Source: Entomortierella parvispora E1425 (lineage: Eukaryota; Fungi; Mortierellomycota). From it: a stretch of 64,000 nucleotides of DNA. Shown here piece by piece: positions 12,301 to 23,800 of this stretch. The notes under the pieces are model-generated. The model was not told where the DNA came from. It did not search any database and saw only the letters and a program-made list of their open reading frames with translations. Within the stretch, counting starts at the first letter, position 1; every line of letters starts with the position of its first letter. The position numbers and the translations under genes are program-made. The stretch lies in NCBI GenBank assembly GCA_020891255.1, contig BQFW01000013.1, positions 1,984,001-2,048,000 on the forward strand, read 5' to 3'.

Positions 12301-13108
12301 TTGTACGCGGTTGGTCAGTTTCTTCAGAGGGCTCTGGGGTGTTGCGAATAAGGGCCAGGAACACCTCCGAGCCGGGCAGGGTTGCCATGGAATGAAAGTG
12401 CATGTGTGTGAGGAGGAGTCCTTTGGTGCGGCTTTGGATGTGATCGGCCTTGAAGCCGCGGCAGCTCCATTTGACATCGATTCCATTGTGAGTGAAATGA
12501 AGATCGTTGGTGCGCCAATTGATGCAAGGGTTAACTTTGGTGAGCCAGGGTTTGCCAAGGATGAGGTCGTATTTGTTGAGAGGATAGAGAATAGGGTTGA
12601 GCGAATCGGAGTAGTCGCTGCGGTTGAGGGTGATGGGGACGGTGTGTGATGTGAGGGAGGAAGAGCCATTGGGGAGGAGGATGGGGATGGGCAAGCATTC
12701 AGTGCGGAGGAGCTGGTGTCGCTTTTGAAAAGACGAACTGATAATATTACCTTCTGCACCACCATCAATCAGGATTCTGGCAGCGTGGCCATTGACAGAA
12801 CCGATGAAAGTGAGCAGTTGGCTCTCTGCCTTTTGGACAGTGAATTCGTGTAGGCGAATCGCACGACGCTTCAACTTCTTCAACTGACTTTTTGGACAGA
12901 GGTACACTAGGTGCCGGCGGTACAGCGAGAGGGTCCGGTTCATCTGTATCGGAGGATCTAGGTAGAGGAGCGGACAGGGCAACTGGAGCGGGCGAGGCAA
13001 CAGGTTTTTTGGTTTGGTTTTGGTTTCGGTCCGATAGAACAACCAGAGCATCGTGGATGTGAGTTCGCTTGTCATGATTGGAGTCATGTTTCTGAGGTGT
13101 AGAATCAA
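9386..13108 (-). CDS. pol: A3 Pol (PR, RT, RNaseH, IN with HHCC/DDE/GPY-F, chromodomain); the ORF-track N-terminus is probably not the real junction
   Basis: 1240-aa ORF with DGG protease motif, YLDD, TDASG, HDAH...CEKC and EEYEVDEIL...VSFKGY...EW. Confidence 0.92.
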   Translation of the reverse strand: MILHLRNMTPIMTSELTSTMLWLFYRTETKTKPKNLLPRPLQLPCPLLYLDPPIQMNRTLSLYRRHLVYLCPKSQLKKLKRRAIRLHEFTVQKAESQLLTFIGSVNGHAARILIDGGAEGNIISSSFQKRHQLLRTECLPIPILLPNGSSSLTSHTVPITLNRSDYSDSLNPILYPLNKYDLILGKPWLTKVNPCINWRTNDLHFTHNGIDVKWSCRGFKADHIQSRTKGLLLTHMHFHSMATLPGSEVFLALIRNTPEPSEETDQPRTIPDMTPEVRSIVMEEFADVFPEKLPDGLPLDRGDAMKIETDPTADPPFRPVIRLSIAELDELRKQLDQLLAAGFIKPSTSPYGAPVLFVRKKDGTLRMCVDYRGLNKITRKNRHPLPRIDELLDRFRGARYYSKLDLLSGYHQQRIFEPHTHKTAFRCRYGHFEFNVVPFGLTNAPASFSNMMLRVLDPVLDKWVVVYLDDLLIYSKTKKEHLQHLRSVLALLRKNGLYAKLSKCSFMQDETEFLGHTITKDGIKTSAGLSKAISDWPTPKSTKDVQQFLGLAQFYQQYVSGFAGIALPLSSLLANNTPFKWTDEQQSAFLQLKRAICSAPVLRIFDPDLLTFVETDASGFAIGAVLLQTDREGNTHPIAFTSRKMQSAERNYPVHEQELLAVIHALRTWRYYLDGTKFSVHTDHATLRHFPTQPKLTRRQARWMELLQEYDFDFKYKRGVDNIVPDALSRRPDYREPDPVELYNLSVSLSPDVRDQLVQDYNDDPRLGPIYKDCLDGKVANGYSFQNNLLYFTRRGATTLAIPRHSPIRLTLLHDAHDSATAGHFGFQKTYDNLRRFVYWPHIAKDTQQYVATCEKCQRNKDSQDRPAGLLQPLPIPSQRWEVVTMDFIGPLPPTARNFDAITVFVDKLTKQAHFVPSTTSATAVDVAHQFFDNIFKLHGTPTSIISDRDTRFTSRFWQELHRLMDVKLALSTAYHPQTDGQTEVMNKTLKTMLRAFIDNKQSNWDQLLPSLEFAYNNAVNASTGYSPFFLNSGQHPRLPTALLGKPSSSVPTVDTFLTEQATTLALAQDALQRAQDHQEQQANKRRRDHKYKVGDKVLLRATNITIPADSIRPADKLRPQFLGPFTLLEQHSPVTFRVELPPFYKIHDVFHVDTFRPYLPSPESLGIRAPAPVDPTVIDGEEEYEVDEILKYRFYRRQHQFLVSFKGYGREADEWLPVSNLDNCMDLVTTFKEQHGIIF

Positions 13109-13180
13109 GTGAAGTTTTATTTGAGGTACTTAGCTCAGGGTTGTTGGCTACAGTTTCGACAACTGGGGTCCGGACCGACC

Positions 13181-14101
13181 CTAGTTGCCGGAGGCTTTTC
13201 CCGAATCAGGGGATTCACCCGCGGTTACTTGATTAATTCCTCGGCTGCCGTTGCCGTACTTAGGGCAATTGGGACTGATGTGACCCAATTCGCGGCAGCG
13301 GAAGCAGCCACCGTTACGTACAAGGTACTCTCGGTCGGCGGCGGTCAGGGGTGCGGGGCGATCTCGAGAAGGGTTGTTAGTACCGTTGGTGGGGCGGTTC
13401 TGTAAGGAGCGGTGAAGGGTGCCGAGTTGCTTGTGGATATTGTTGAGTTGGATATGAATATTGTCCACTTCCATTGCGTTGGGGTCGGTGATACCAGCAG
13501 AGGATCCCGAGGCAGCCAGTGCTTTGGCACCGAGTGATGGGTCTTCAGTGTGGAAGATACGACCGAACTCCTCCGCGGCCTTAAAGAGTCTGGGCAGATC
13601 TATGGTGTCGTTGCCTGCATTAACAATGGCCACTTCCAGCATCTGGCGAAGCTGAGTAGGTGCACCACTGAGAAAGGCAGTACGGATAGTATCGTTGAGA
13701 ACTGCGTTGTCGGCGTAGTAAGACTGGAGGAGCAGGTGGTATTCACGGGCTTTGGTAATATAGGCCATGACGTTGGAGATGTTCAATGGTAGTGTCATTT
13801 TCATTTGCATTGTGAGGGCGAGAATGTGCTCCTTAAACTTCGCAGGACTGAACTCGGTGGCAAGGAGCTCGCTGAAATCCGGGAATGAGGTGTCGGATGG
13901 CTTGTTTAAGAGTGCCCACCAGCCGATAACCTCATCGCCGGCAAAGGCAAGGGTAACCCCGACCTTGCGAGGTTCGGCAATTCCAGCGCCATCGAAGAAA
14001 AAGGTCATGCGTTTCAGAAAACCGAGAACAGAGAATCCGTCGCGCTTGCCGTTGAACGGTGTTGGATGAGGGAATTTGAATGACGGTGTCGCGGGGTCCA
14101 T
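13181..14101 (-). CDS. gag: A3 Gag
   Basis: ATG at 14101; CCHC knuckle; near-identical to the other A gags. Confidence 0.9.
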   Translation of the reverse strand: MDPATPSFKFPHPTPFNGKRDGFSVLGFLKRMTFFFDGAGIAEPRKVGVTLAFAGDEVIGWWALLNKPSDTSFPDFSELLATEFSPAKFKEHILALTMQMKMTLPLNISNVMAYITKAREYHLLLQSYYADNAVLNDTIRTAFLSGAPTQLRQMLEVAIVNAGNDTIDLPRLFKAAEEFGRIFHTEDPSLGAKALAASGSSAGITDPNAMEVDNIHIQLNNIHKQLGTLHRSLQNRPTNGTNNPSRDRPAPLTAADREYLVRNGGCFRCRELGHISPNCPKYGNGSRGINQVTAGESPDSGKASGN

Positions 14102-14335
14102 GTTGGGTGAATTGTCGAGGGAGAGTTGATCGAAGAGGGATACGAGGGGGTCCAGGGTGTAAGTGTGTCGGAGGGTCAGTGGGTCAGTGAGGTCAGTGGA
14201 TCGAAAACCTTTGCTACCATGCAATAGGAGTATCGAGGGTGGAGTGGAGACAAGAAGTGAGTTTTATTATATTGCAAGTTTCTAGCTTTTGTAGGTACAC
14301 ATCGCGTGATGTCACCGTATTCCTGTTACAACAAC

Positions 14336-16777
14336 CATCCAGTACCATTAATATCGGACATCTTACAACAGATAGGTGGCCACATGATTTATACAACGCT
14401 CGATTTGACGCAAGCATATCACCGGTTACCTATCGAAGCAGGACATCAACCACTCACTGCATTCATGCACCGAGGAACTCAATATATGTTCCGACGAGCT
14501 CCATTCGGACTTAAGCCACTGTCAAGCATATTCCAACGCGGAATGACACGCATCTTGGGGGACTTGCCCTTTGTCCTGGTGTTCATTGACGACATCGTTA
14601 TTTTCTCCAAGACCAAGGAAGAGCATGCAGCGCACGTCAAGTGTGTAATCGAACGCCTAACAGAAGCAAAGCTTATTATCAACCCAGAAAAATCACACTT
14701 CTTCGCAACACAGATTGTACTTCTCGGCTTTGTCATTGACTTGGCTGGCAAACGGGTAGATCCTACCAAGCTAGCCAATATCGACCAGTGGGTTCCACCA
14801 ACCACAGGCAATCAGATTCAGTCCTACATGGGCACATTTAATTTCTTTCGAGAATTCATCCCGCTGTTCAGTACGTTGGCAGCGCCATTGGATAAGTTGA
14901 GGCATGAAACAAAAGTGTTCAAACTCAATGCAGACGAACTCGATGCTTTCAATACATTCAAGAAACTGCTAAGCCATGCACCAATCTTGCACTTCCCTGA
15001 CTTCGGTCTGCCGTTCTACGTCGCCACTGACGCATCCAACGTAGGCATTGCATCGGTCCTTTACCAGAAAGTCAGGAATGAATCCAAGAAAAAATGGGAG
15101 AACAGATACATATCCTTCATGGCACGCTCTCTACAAGACAGAGAACGACGGTATTCAGCCACACAAAAAGAATTGCTAGGAATCGTGTTTGCACTCACGA
15201 AATTCCACTATTACCTCTGGGGAAGACACTTTACACTGTATACAGATCATCGAGCACTTACGTTCATTCACTCGCAGAAAGAGTTAAACTCCATGCTCAC
15301 TGGCTGGCATGAAACAATCCTGAGTTATGACTTTACGGTCGAATACCGACCTGGAGTGATGAATGTGTTGCCAGATCACTTGTCTAGACTGTTCCCAGCC
15401 TCCATCCAGACTCGCTACGACTCCAACCATGGGCACATAGTCAACGCTTACATGCACATCATGCAAAACAAAGACACAATGTTAGAAGTCGTTCATGGCA
15501 AAAAGAAGCAGGACGATATATTGTACAAAACCCACGCCCTCGGCCACCTTGGAGCGAATGCAATGGTCCGGTCTATACATGCGGAACAATACACATGGCC
15601 CCATCTCACAGATGACTGCTTGAATTGGGTTAAGAAATGCTCGGAATGTCAGAAGTACAATATTAGTATCAAAGGCTATCATCCATTAAAAGCTATCCAC
15701 GCAAACCTGCCAGGAGATCATATGGCTATGGATTTAGCGGGACCGTTCAAACTCTCAAAGAAAGGCAATGAAATCCTTCTTATCGTAGTCGACGTATGCA
15801 CACGCTTCGTCTTCTTAAGAGCGCTCCCTGATAAACAAGCAAACACTGTCGCTAAAGCCCTGTTTGATATATTTTGTACCGTTGGCTTTCCTCGCGTTTT
15901 ACAATCCGATAACGGCAGGGAATTTGTGAACCAAGTCATGCTTGCAATGACCTCTGAATTTAACGTTGACCACCGGCTACTTACGCCGTATCACCCTCGA
16001 GGAAACGGCGTTGCTGAACGACATGTCAAAGTCGCAGTCGACATCCTCAAGAAAGAACATCATCAGAAACAAGATACTTGGGACCTTCATGTACCCATGG
16101 CACAGCTTGCAATGAATACAAGAATCGTTGCTCTCCATAATTCATCACCGTTCTCTCTCTTCTTCGCTCGCAAGGCCAATGGCTTCCAAAATTACTCCAA
16201 ATCTACCAAGAACGTCATGACCCACAAGCAGCTCTGTGATCGTCTCGCATACATGACTGAAATTGTCTTTCCAGCGATTGACAAGAAATCAGAAGAGACT
16301 CAAAAGAAAATGATCGCCCGATTCAATGCCACAGTTCTGCATAATGAATTCCCTGATGGCGCAAAAGTCATGACACTTGATCCCATCCGCGGTAATAAAC
16401 TTACGCCACGGTATGAAGGCCCGTACACAGTAGTGCGCCGCACGACCGGTGGATCTTATGAGCTCAGAGATGGTACAGGCGAGTCGCTCAGTCGCAACTA
16501 TGCCCCATCCCAGCTCAAACTCGTACTCGAGGATTTAAATACGCTGCCCATATTCGAGATCGAGTACATTCTCGACCACCGTCCTCATCCTTCTCGAAAG
16601 GGGGAGTGGGAATACAAAGCAAAATGGGCTGGCTACTCCAAAGATGACTACACTTGGGAACCTGAAGAAAACTTTATTGAAAAACAATGTATCAGAGAAT
16701 ACTGGCAACTTCTCAAAGAAAATAAGCGACCACAGGATCAAAGATCGAAGAGATACCAAACGAGAACGAGGAACTAA
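14336..16777 (+). pseudogene. pol: C pol C-terminal part (RT-RNaseH-IN-chromodomain), separated from its N-terminus by A3
   Basis: LDLTQAYHRL, FIDD, VATDAS, H..GH...C..C, SDNG, GVAER, YEGPY, and chromodomain FEIEYIL...KWAGY...TWEP. Confidence 0.92.
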
Positions 16778-17257
16778 AACGCTACTACGCAAAGAAGACC
16801 TAACAGGCAAAGAGGTTTTTTACCACATGGTTTTCCTCAAAGACAAGAGGTTTTTCACTTTTCCTCAACCATAACATTTTCATAGAGGTTTTATTTTTTA
16901 CCCTCTCACTGACCAGCAGTGTCAACCCGCGCTTCGCTCTCCATGGGAGGGGAAGTTCTGTCGCATAATTTGGTGGCGCAGCGGCAAATGATGCTGCTGG
17001 CAGCAAGGCACAGTCACGGAGGCAACGGTCAGGATAATATCCTGACCGGTTCAATAAAACAGAGATCCCTCTCTTATTCTCACTGACTCCGTGTGCCATA
17101 TACTTTTCAGCCTGGACAAAAGCCAGTGGGTAAAATTTACCGTCCTCGCCCTCACCCTCGAGGCCCGCTCGTGGTGGCGCGTCTCTGGTCTCACCCTAGC
17201 AACAGATTGGGACACGTTCCGCGACAAGTTTGAAAAACGATTCACGCCCCCTGACGC

Positions 17258-17764
17258 TGTGGTGTAGTAGATACGGATCACACATTTGTAGAAGTCAGTT
17301 TAGATACCCTTAAAAGATTGCGTTAATATAATTTCGTGTTCAGAGCAGTAATTGCTCTGGGTCGCTTCCTTCCCTACTTTTTCGTTTGCCTTTGTTTGAT
17401 CGTTACAGAACACATACACATCCCCCCCCCACTTCCTGCCCGATATCCCCTTTGCAGCAGCAGCAAGATCGACGCCTTAATTCCGATTGCTGAGACTATT
17501 AGTAGCTAGTCTAACCTCCTCCCCCCCCCTTTACCTTTGGATATCACAGACCCTGTTCTGCCGATCAAGCTTGCCTTCGTACAAGTCTTGAGCTTCCACC
17601 CGACTGAGATCTTTATTGATACTTGGTTCACACAGTTTAGACAGTGAGATCCTGCAACGTCTATCCTCCCCCTCGCAAGCAATCCCCTTTCCCTTGATCA
17701 CTTGTGACCAGCCCCTCTCTCCTTGAGCTACGACCGATCCCCAACCCATTGTAGCAACACCACA
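17258..17764. mobile_element. D1: solo LTR-like element, 507 bp, 4-bp TSD ACGC, inserted in B gag
   Basis: TGTGGTGT...ACACCACA termini. ACGC on both sides; removal restores the gag frame. Near-identical to D2. Confidence 0.9.
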
Positions 17765-18353
17765 ACGCCATCCACGCTGCCCGACGAAAACTCACTACTG
17801 TCACCCAGGGCAAACGATCTGTAGCCACATACACCAGCGAGTTCCGCTCTTGTACTCGGTTGATCCCCAAGATTGACGATGGCACAATCCTCTTCGAGTT
17901 CCTTCGGGGACTTGATCCCGCGACCAGCACCCAGGTTCGACTGCTTCAACCGAAGACTCTAGACGAGGCCATTACCCATGCCACCATCATCCACAGTATC
18001 CTGCACCCTACACACCCTCAAGACCTTCCAACCCAACCCACTCCCCCGCCCCCAACCTCTGGCCCTACACCTATGGACCTCGACTCCATGCACGTTTTCA
18101 TGGCTCAAATGGCTGCGCTCTTCCAAGGAGCCAATGCCACCAATATCAACGCTTTTGGACGATACAACCAGCTCCCAAAGAAGCTTACTCCTGAAATCCG
18201 AGCCGAATTGATACGCACAGGCGCCTGCTTCCGGTGCCGACAGCCTGGTCACAGAAGCAAAGACTGTCGCGTTTCCTTCCCCAACACTGGCCCCCGACGA
18301 TCTCTTAACAACACTGGCACCCCCGCCAACAGCAACAACACCAACGAAGAATC

Positions 18354-18397
18354 GGGAAACGCTCAGGGCGAGAATTAGACAAGGATAGTTCCGCCCA
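18354..18397 (+). promoter_or_regulatory. Predicted -1 ribosomal frameshift signal of B (G GGA AAC, 5-nt spacer, hairpin)
   Basis: Slippery heptamer lies in the gag frame. The -1 frame is open from 18354 into the protease ORF. GGGCG-A-GAATT pairs with AGTTC-CGCCC. Confidence 0.8.
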
Positions 18398-19213
18398 AAC
18401 CAAAGACCAACAGACTAGTTTTAGTAGTAGCACGTCTCAAAAGAATACAAATCTTTTTGAAGTCCCATTGTTGCGTGTCCACGATCTAAAAGAGTCCATC
18501 CAAAAATTCCTTGAGCCCACCACCACTCCTGAACACCAAGCACCACCCTCATCCCCTCCCCACAAAACACGACCAATCCGACTACTATCATTCCAGACCT
18601 TCTTCCGGAACTCCCGCCGACTCCTCACCTTCACCGCCGCTGTCAACGGACGCCCAGCCCGCATTCTCATCGACGGTGGTGCGGAAGGAAACGTTATCAG
18701 TCAGAGCTATTGCCGTGCCAACAAAATCAGCCTCCAAGAAGGGGACCCCATCCCAGTCATTCTCCCCAATGGTAACGCAACCCTCACCCACCACACTGCC
18801 TCCATCGACTTCAAGCGTGGCACTTACTCCGACAACATCGAAGCCATCGTGTATCCCTTACGAAAATATGACCTTATCCTTGGCAAACCATGGTTGACCG
18901 CCATCGATCCTCGTGTCAGCTATCGCACCAATGACGTCGAATTCGAACACAATGGAGTACACACCCACTGGACTTGCACTGGATTCTCAACCCCTGCCAA
19001 ACAAAAACAGAAGAACACCACTCGCCTACTCTCCGCCATTAACTTCATTGCTACCGCCCAAGACCCCTCTCACACGATCTACCTCGCCCACGTCAAATTC
19101 GCCCCCACCCCCACCGACACCCCTACCGACACAAGCACCAGCTCAGACCAAACTCCAGACCAAACCCCTACTCCCAAACCACTCCCAAATGCCATCCGCC
19201 ACCATGTACACGT

Positions 19214-19721
19214 TGTGGTGTAGTAGATACGGATCACACATTTGTAGAAGTCAGTTTAGATACCCTTAAAAGATTGCGTTAATATAATTTCGTGTTCAGA
19301 GCAGTAATTGCTCTGGGTCGCTTCCTTCCCTACTTTTTCGTTTGCTTTTGTTTGTTCGTTACAGAACACATACACATCCCCCCCCCCACTTCCTGCCCGA
19401 TATCCCCTTTGCAGCAGCAGCAAGATCGACGCCTTAATTCCGATTGCTGAGACTATTAGTAGCTAGTCTAACCTCCTCCCCCCCCCTTTACCTTTGGATA
19501 TCACAGACCCTGTTCTGCCGATCAAGCTTGCCTTCGTACAAGTCTTGAGCTTCCACCCGACTGAGATCTTTATTGATACTTGGTTCACACAGTTTAGACA
19601 GTGAGATCCTGCAACGTCTATCCTCCCCCTCGCAAGCAATCCCCTTTCCCTTGATCACTTGTGACCAGCCCCTCTCTCCTTGAGCTACGACCGATCCCCA
19701 ACCCATTGTAGCAACACCACA
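19214..19721. mobile_element. D2: solo LTR-like element, 508 bp, 4-bp TSD ACGT, inserted in B pol
   Basis: Same termini and orientation as D1; removal restores [14 protein letters not shown]. Confidence 0.9.
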
Positions 19722-20887
19722 ACGTTGAGTTCCCCGATGTCTTCCCCGATGACCTCCCACCAGGACTTCCCCCAGATCGCGGCACTGAAATCCACATCGA
19801 TACCGACCCCAACGCTGACCCACCTGTCGGACCAGTCATCCGCCTATCAATGGCTGAACTTGATGAGCTCCAGCGACAACTGCAAGACCTCCTCCACAAA
19901 GGCTTTATCTCCCCCAGCATTTCGCCATTCGGTGCCCCTGTTCTTTTCACCAAAAAGAAAGATGGTGGCCTACGTCTTTGCATTGATTACCGCTTCAAGA
20001 CCGCCCGGTTCTTCAGCAAACTGGACCTCCGATCTGGCTACTATCAGATGCAAATCCACCCCCACAAGACCGCTTTTCGCACACGGTACGGCCATTACGA
20101 GTTCAATGTGGTCCCATTTGGGCTCACAAATGCACCAGCATGGTTCTCAACCCTCATGCGGACAGTCCTCGCGCCTGTCATTGACAAATGTGTAGTACTC
20201 TATCTTGATGACATCCTGATCTATTCGGACACAGAAGAGGAACACATCGAGGATATCCGCAAGGTCCTGACCCTCCTACGAGAACATCGCCTCTACGCCA
20301 AGTTATCGAAATGCTCTTTCATGCAAGAAGAAACAGAGTTTTTGGGCCACATCATATCCAAGGACGGTATCAAAACCAATGGAGGATTGGTCAAGGCAAT
20401 ACGTGAATGACCTCAACCCAGGACACTCCGTGAGCTCTTGCAGTTCCTTGGCCTTGCCAACTTCTACCGCCAGTATGTCAAAGGATACGCAGATATTGCA
20501 CTGCCTCTCACAGAGCTGCTGAATCGTACAACCCCCTTCACCTGGTCCAGAAAAGCTCAAGCCGCCTTCATCAAACTTAAAACTGCGATCACTTCAGCCC
20601 CTGTTCTCCGAATTTTTGATCCCGCCTTGTCCACCGCGATCGACACCGATGCCTCAGGGTTCGCCATTGGCGCTGTCCTCTTCCAGACCGACCAATTTGG
20701 CAGATCAAGGCCTGTCGCCTTCACGTCCCGCAAACTCAACCCGGCCGAGCGCAACTACCCAGTCCACGAACAGGAGTTACTGGCAGTGAGTGGTCCATGC
20801 CCTTCGCACTTGGCGATACTATCTCGATGGATCTCCAACACTTCCCCACTCAACCCAACCTTACCAGGCGACAAGCCCGCTGGATGG

Positions 20888-23800
20888 TGCAATAGGAGTA
20901 TCGAGGGTGGAGTGGAGACAAGAAGTGAGTTTTATTATATTGCAAGTTTCTAGCTTTTGTAGGTACACATCGCGTGATGTCACCGTATTCCTGTTACACC
21001 TTCCCCTTTTAAAAAATGATACCGTGCTGCTCTTTGAAGGTTGTGACCAAGTCCATGCAGTTGTCCAAGTTGCTTACTGGGAGCCATTCGTCAGCTTCTC
21101 TGCCGTAGCCTTTGAATGACACTAGGAACTGGTGTTGTCTGCGGTAGAAGCGGTACTTTAAAATTTCGTCCACTTCATACTCCTCTTCGCCGTCAATTAC
21201 AGTGGGATCCACGGGGGCAGGAGCTCGAATGCCGAGTGACTCCGGGGACGGCAAATAGGGTCGAAAGGTATCAACGTGGAAGACGTCATGGATTTTGTAG
21301 AATGGTGGCAGCTCGACGCGGAAGGTGACAGGTGAGTGTTGCTCCAAAAGTGTGAACGGGCCAAGGAATTGAGGTCGAAGTTTATCGGCTGGTCTGATAC
21401 TGTCGGCAGGGATGGTGATATTGGTGGCACGCAGCAGGACCTTATCGCCAACCTTGTACTTGTGATCCCGTCGTCGCTTGTTTGCCTGTTGCTCCTGATG
21501 ATCCTGAGCACGCTGCAGAGCATCCTGGGCCAGGGCAAGGGTGGTCGCCTGCTCAGTCAGGAAGGTATCGACAGTGGGGACTGAGCTGCTGGGTTTACCG
21601 AGGAGAGCGGTGGGGAGACGAGGGTGCTGGCCAGAGTTGAGGAAGAACGGCGAGTATCCCGTGGATGCATTGACAGCGTTGTTATAGGCGAATTCCAGTG
21701 ACGGAAGGAGCTGGTCCCAGTTAGACTGCTTGTTGTCAATAAACGCTCTCAACATAGTCTTCAGCGTCTTGTTCATAACCTCTGTCTGCCCATCCGTCTG
21801 TGGGTGGTAGGCGGTTGACAGTGCAAGTTTGACATCCATTAGCCTGTGCAACTCTTGCCAGAATCTACTAGTGAATCGAGTGTCGCGGTCCGAGATGATG
21901 GATGTTGGTGTGCCATGCAGCTTAAAGATGTTGTCAAAAAACTGGTGGGCGACGTCGACGGCTGTGGCAGAGGTAGTACTGGGGACGAAGTGAGCTTGCT
22001 TGGTCAGCTTGTCGACAAACACTGTGATGGCGTCAAAATTTCTAGCTGTGGGCGGAAGAGGGCCGATGAAGTCCATGGTGACTACCTCCCAACGTTGCGA
22101 AGGAATGGGTAGCGGTTGCAAGAGTCCAGCTGGTCGATCCTGTGAGTCCTTGTTCCTTTGACACTTCTCGCAGGTTGCTACATACTGCTGGGTATCCTTG
22201 GCGATGTGGGGCCAATATACGAAACGGCGCAGGTTGTCGTAAGTCTTTTGAAAACCAAAGTGTCCAGCAGTGGCAGAGTCGTGAGCGTCGTGCAAGAGAG
22301 TGAGGCGGATCGGGGAGTGCCGAGGGATGGCCAGGGTGGTTGCTCCACGTCGGGTAAAGTAGAGGAGGTTGTTCTGGAATGAATATCCATTGGCAACCTT
22401 CCCATCCAGGCAATCCTTGTAGATGGGTCCAAGTCGAGGATCGTCGTTGTAGTCCTGGACAAGCTGGTCACGGACGTCCGGGGACAGGGAGACGCTGAGG
22501 TTGTATAGCTCAACAGGGTCAGGCTCGCGGTAGTCCGGTCGTCGGGAGAGAGCGTCTGGGACGATGTTGTCAACTCCTCGCTTGTACTTGAAGTCAAAGT
22601 CGTATTCCTGAAGCAACTCCATCCAGCGAGCCTGTCGACGAGTGAGTTTGGGCTGTGTGGGGGAAGTGGCGGAGGGTGGCGTGGTCGGTGTGGACGCTGA
22701 ACTTGGTTCCATCGAGGTAGTAGCGCCAAGTGCGGAGCGCATGGATGACAGCCAACAGTTCCTGCTCATGGACAGGGTAGTTCCGCTCAGCTGACTGCAT
22801 TTTCCTGGAAGTGAATGCGATGGGATGGGTATTCCCTTCCCGGTCAGTCTGCAGCAGCACTGCACCGATGGCGAAACCGGATGCATCTGTTTCGACAAAG
22901 GTGAGAGATCAGGGTCGAAGATGCGGAGGACGGGGGCGGAGCAGATGGCGCGTTTGAGCTGAAGGAATGCAGATTGTTGTTCGTCGGTCCATTTGAAGGG
23001 AGTGTTGTTGGCGAGGAGGGAAGAGAGAGGGAGGGCAATCCCTGCAAAGCCCGATACGTACTGTTGATAAAATTGCGCAAGCCCCAAAAATTGCTGGACG
23101 TCCTTTGTGCTCTTGGGGGTGGGCCAGTCACTGATGGCTTTGCTGAGCCCGGCCGATGTTTTGATCCCGTCCTTCGTGATGGTGTGGCCCAAAAATTCAG
23201 TTTCGTCTTGCATGAAGGAGCACTTGCTCAATTTCGCGTACAGACCGTTCTTGCGGAGGAGAGCCAGGACGCTTCGGAGATGCTGCAGGTGTTCTTTCTT
23301 TGTCTTGGAGTAGATCAACAGATCGTCGAGATACACGACAACCCATTTGTCCAAGACTGGATCGAGCACTCGCAACATCATATTGGAGAACGAAGCAGGA
23401 GCGTTAGTAAGGCCAAAGGGAACAACATTGAACTCAAAGTGACCATAGCGACAACGGAAGGCAGTCTTGTGTGTGTGTGGTTCAAAGATACGCTGCTGAT
23501 GATAACCGGATAACAAGTCCAACTTGGAGTAATAGCGTGCTCCACGGAAGCGGTCAAGAAGCTCGTCGATACGGGGCAACGGGTGTCTGTTCTTCCTGGT
23601 GATCTTGTTGAGGCCACGGTAGTCGACGCACATTCGGAGTGTGCCGTCCTTCTTCCGCACAAAAGAGCACGGGGGCGCCATAGGGAGAGGTACTGGGTTT
23701 GATAAAACCTGCTGCTAGCAATTGGTCCAGTTGTTTGCGAAGTTCGTCAAGCTCGGCGATTGAAAGTCTAATGACAGGGCGGAAGGGTGGGTCGGCTGTC

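Larger units (their letters stand above)
9265..14330 (-). mobile_element. Family A copy A3, full length 5066 bp, TSD ACAAC, inserted in C RT
   Basis: Identical LTRs 9265-9375 and 14220-14330. ACAAC at 9260-9264 and 14331-14335. C frame is restored as KDDN-HPVPLISDIL. Confidence 0.97.
6035..17109 (+). mobile_element. Ty3/Gypsy element C (151-bp LTRs, TSD GCCTG), single gag-pol ORF type with chromodomain; contains A3
   Basis: LTRs 6035-6185 and 16959-17109 (TGTCGC...TTTTCA) read identical. GCCTG at 6030-6034 and 17110-17114. PPT GGGAGGGGAAG. Confidence 0.95.
5816..18378 (+). pseudogene. gag: B gag interrupted by C and D1: join(5816-6034,17115-17257,17769-18378), 323 aa when restored
   Basis: Removing each insertion plus one TSD copy gives a continuous frame (...EIVGL-DKSQWVKF...TPPDA-IHAARRK...) ending in a CFRCRQPGHRSKDC knuckle. 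Confidence 0.9.

Noticed and set aside
12900-13108. N-terminus MILHLRNMTP... of the 1240-aa ORF as the true Pol start
   Set aside because: It begins at TTG behind three gag-frame stops. The slippery site, hairpin and similarity to B favour the -1 frame. Kept only as an alternative hypothesis.
17258-17764. D as a MITE or Ginger-type DNA transposon
   Set aside because: Only an 8-bp terminal inverted repeat, and the related terminus of E belongs to a gag-pol element; an LTR origin is more parsimonious.
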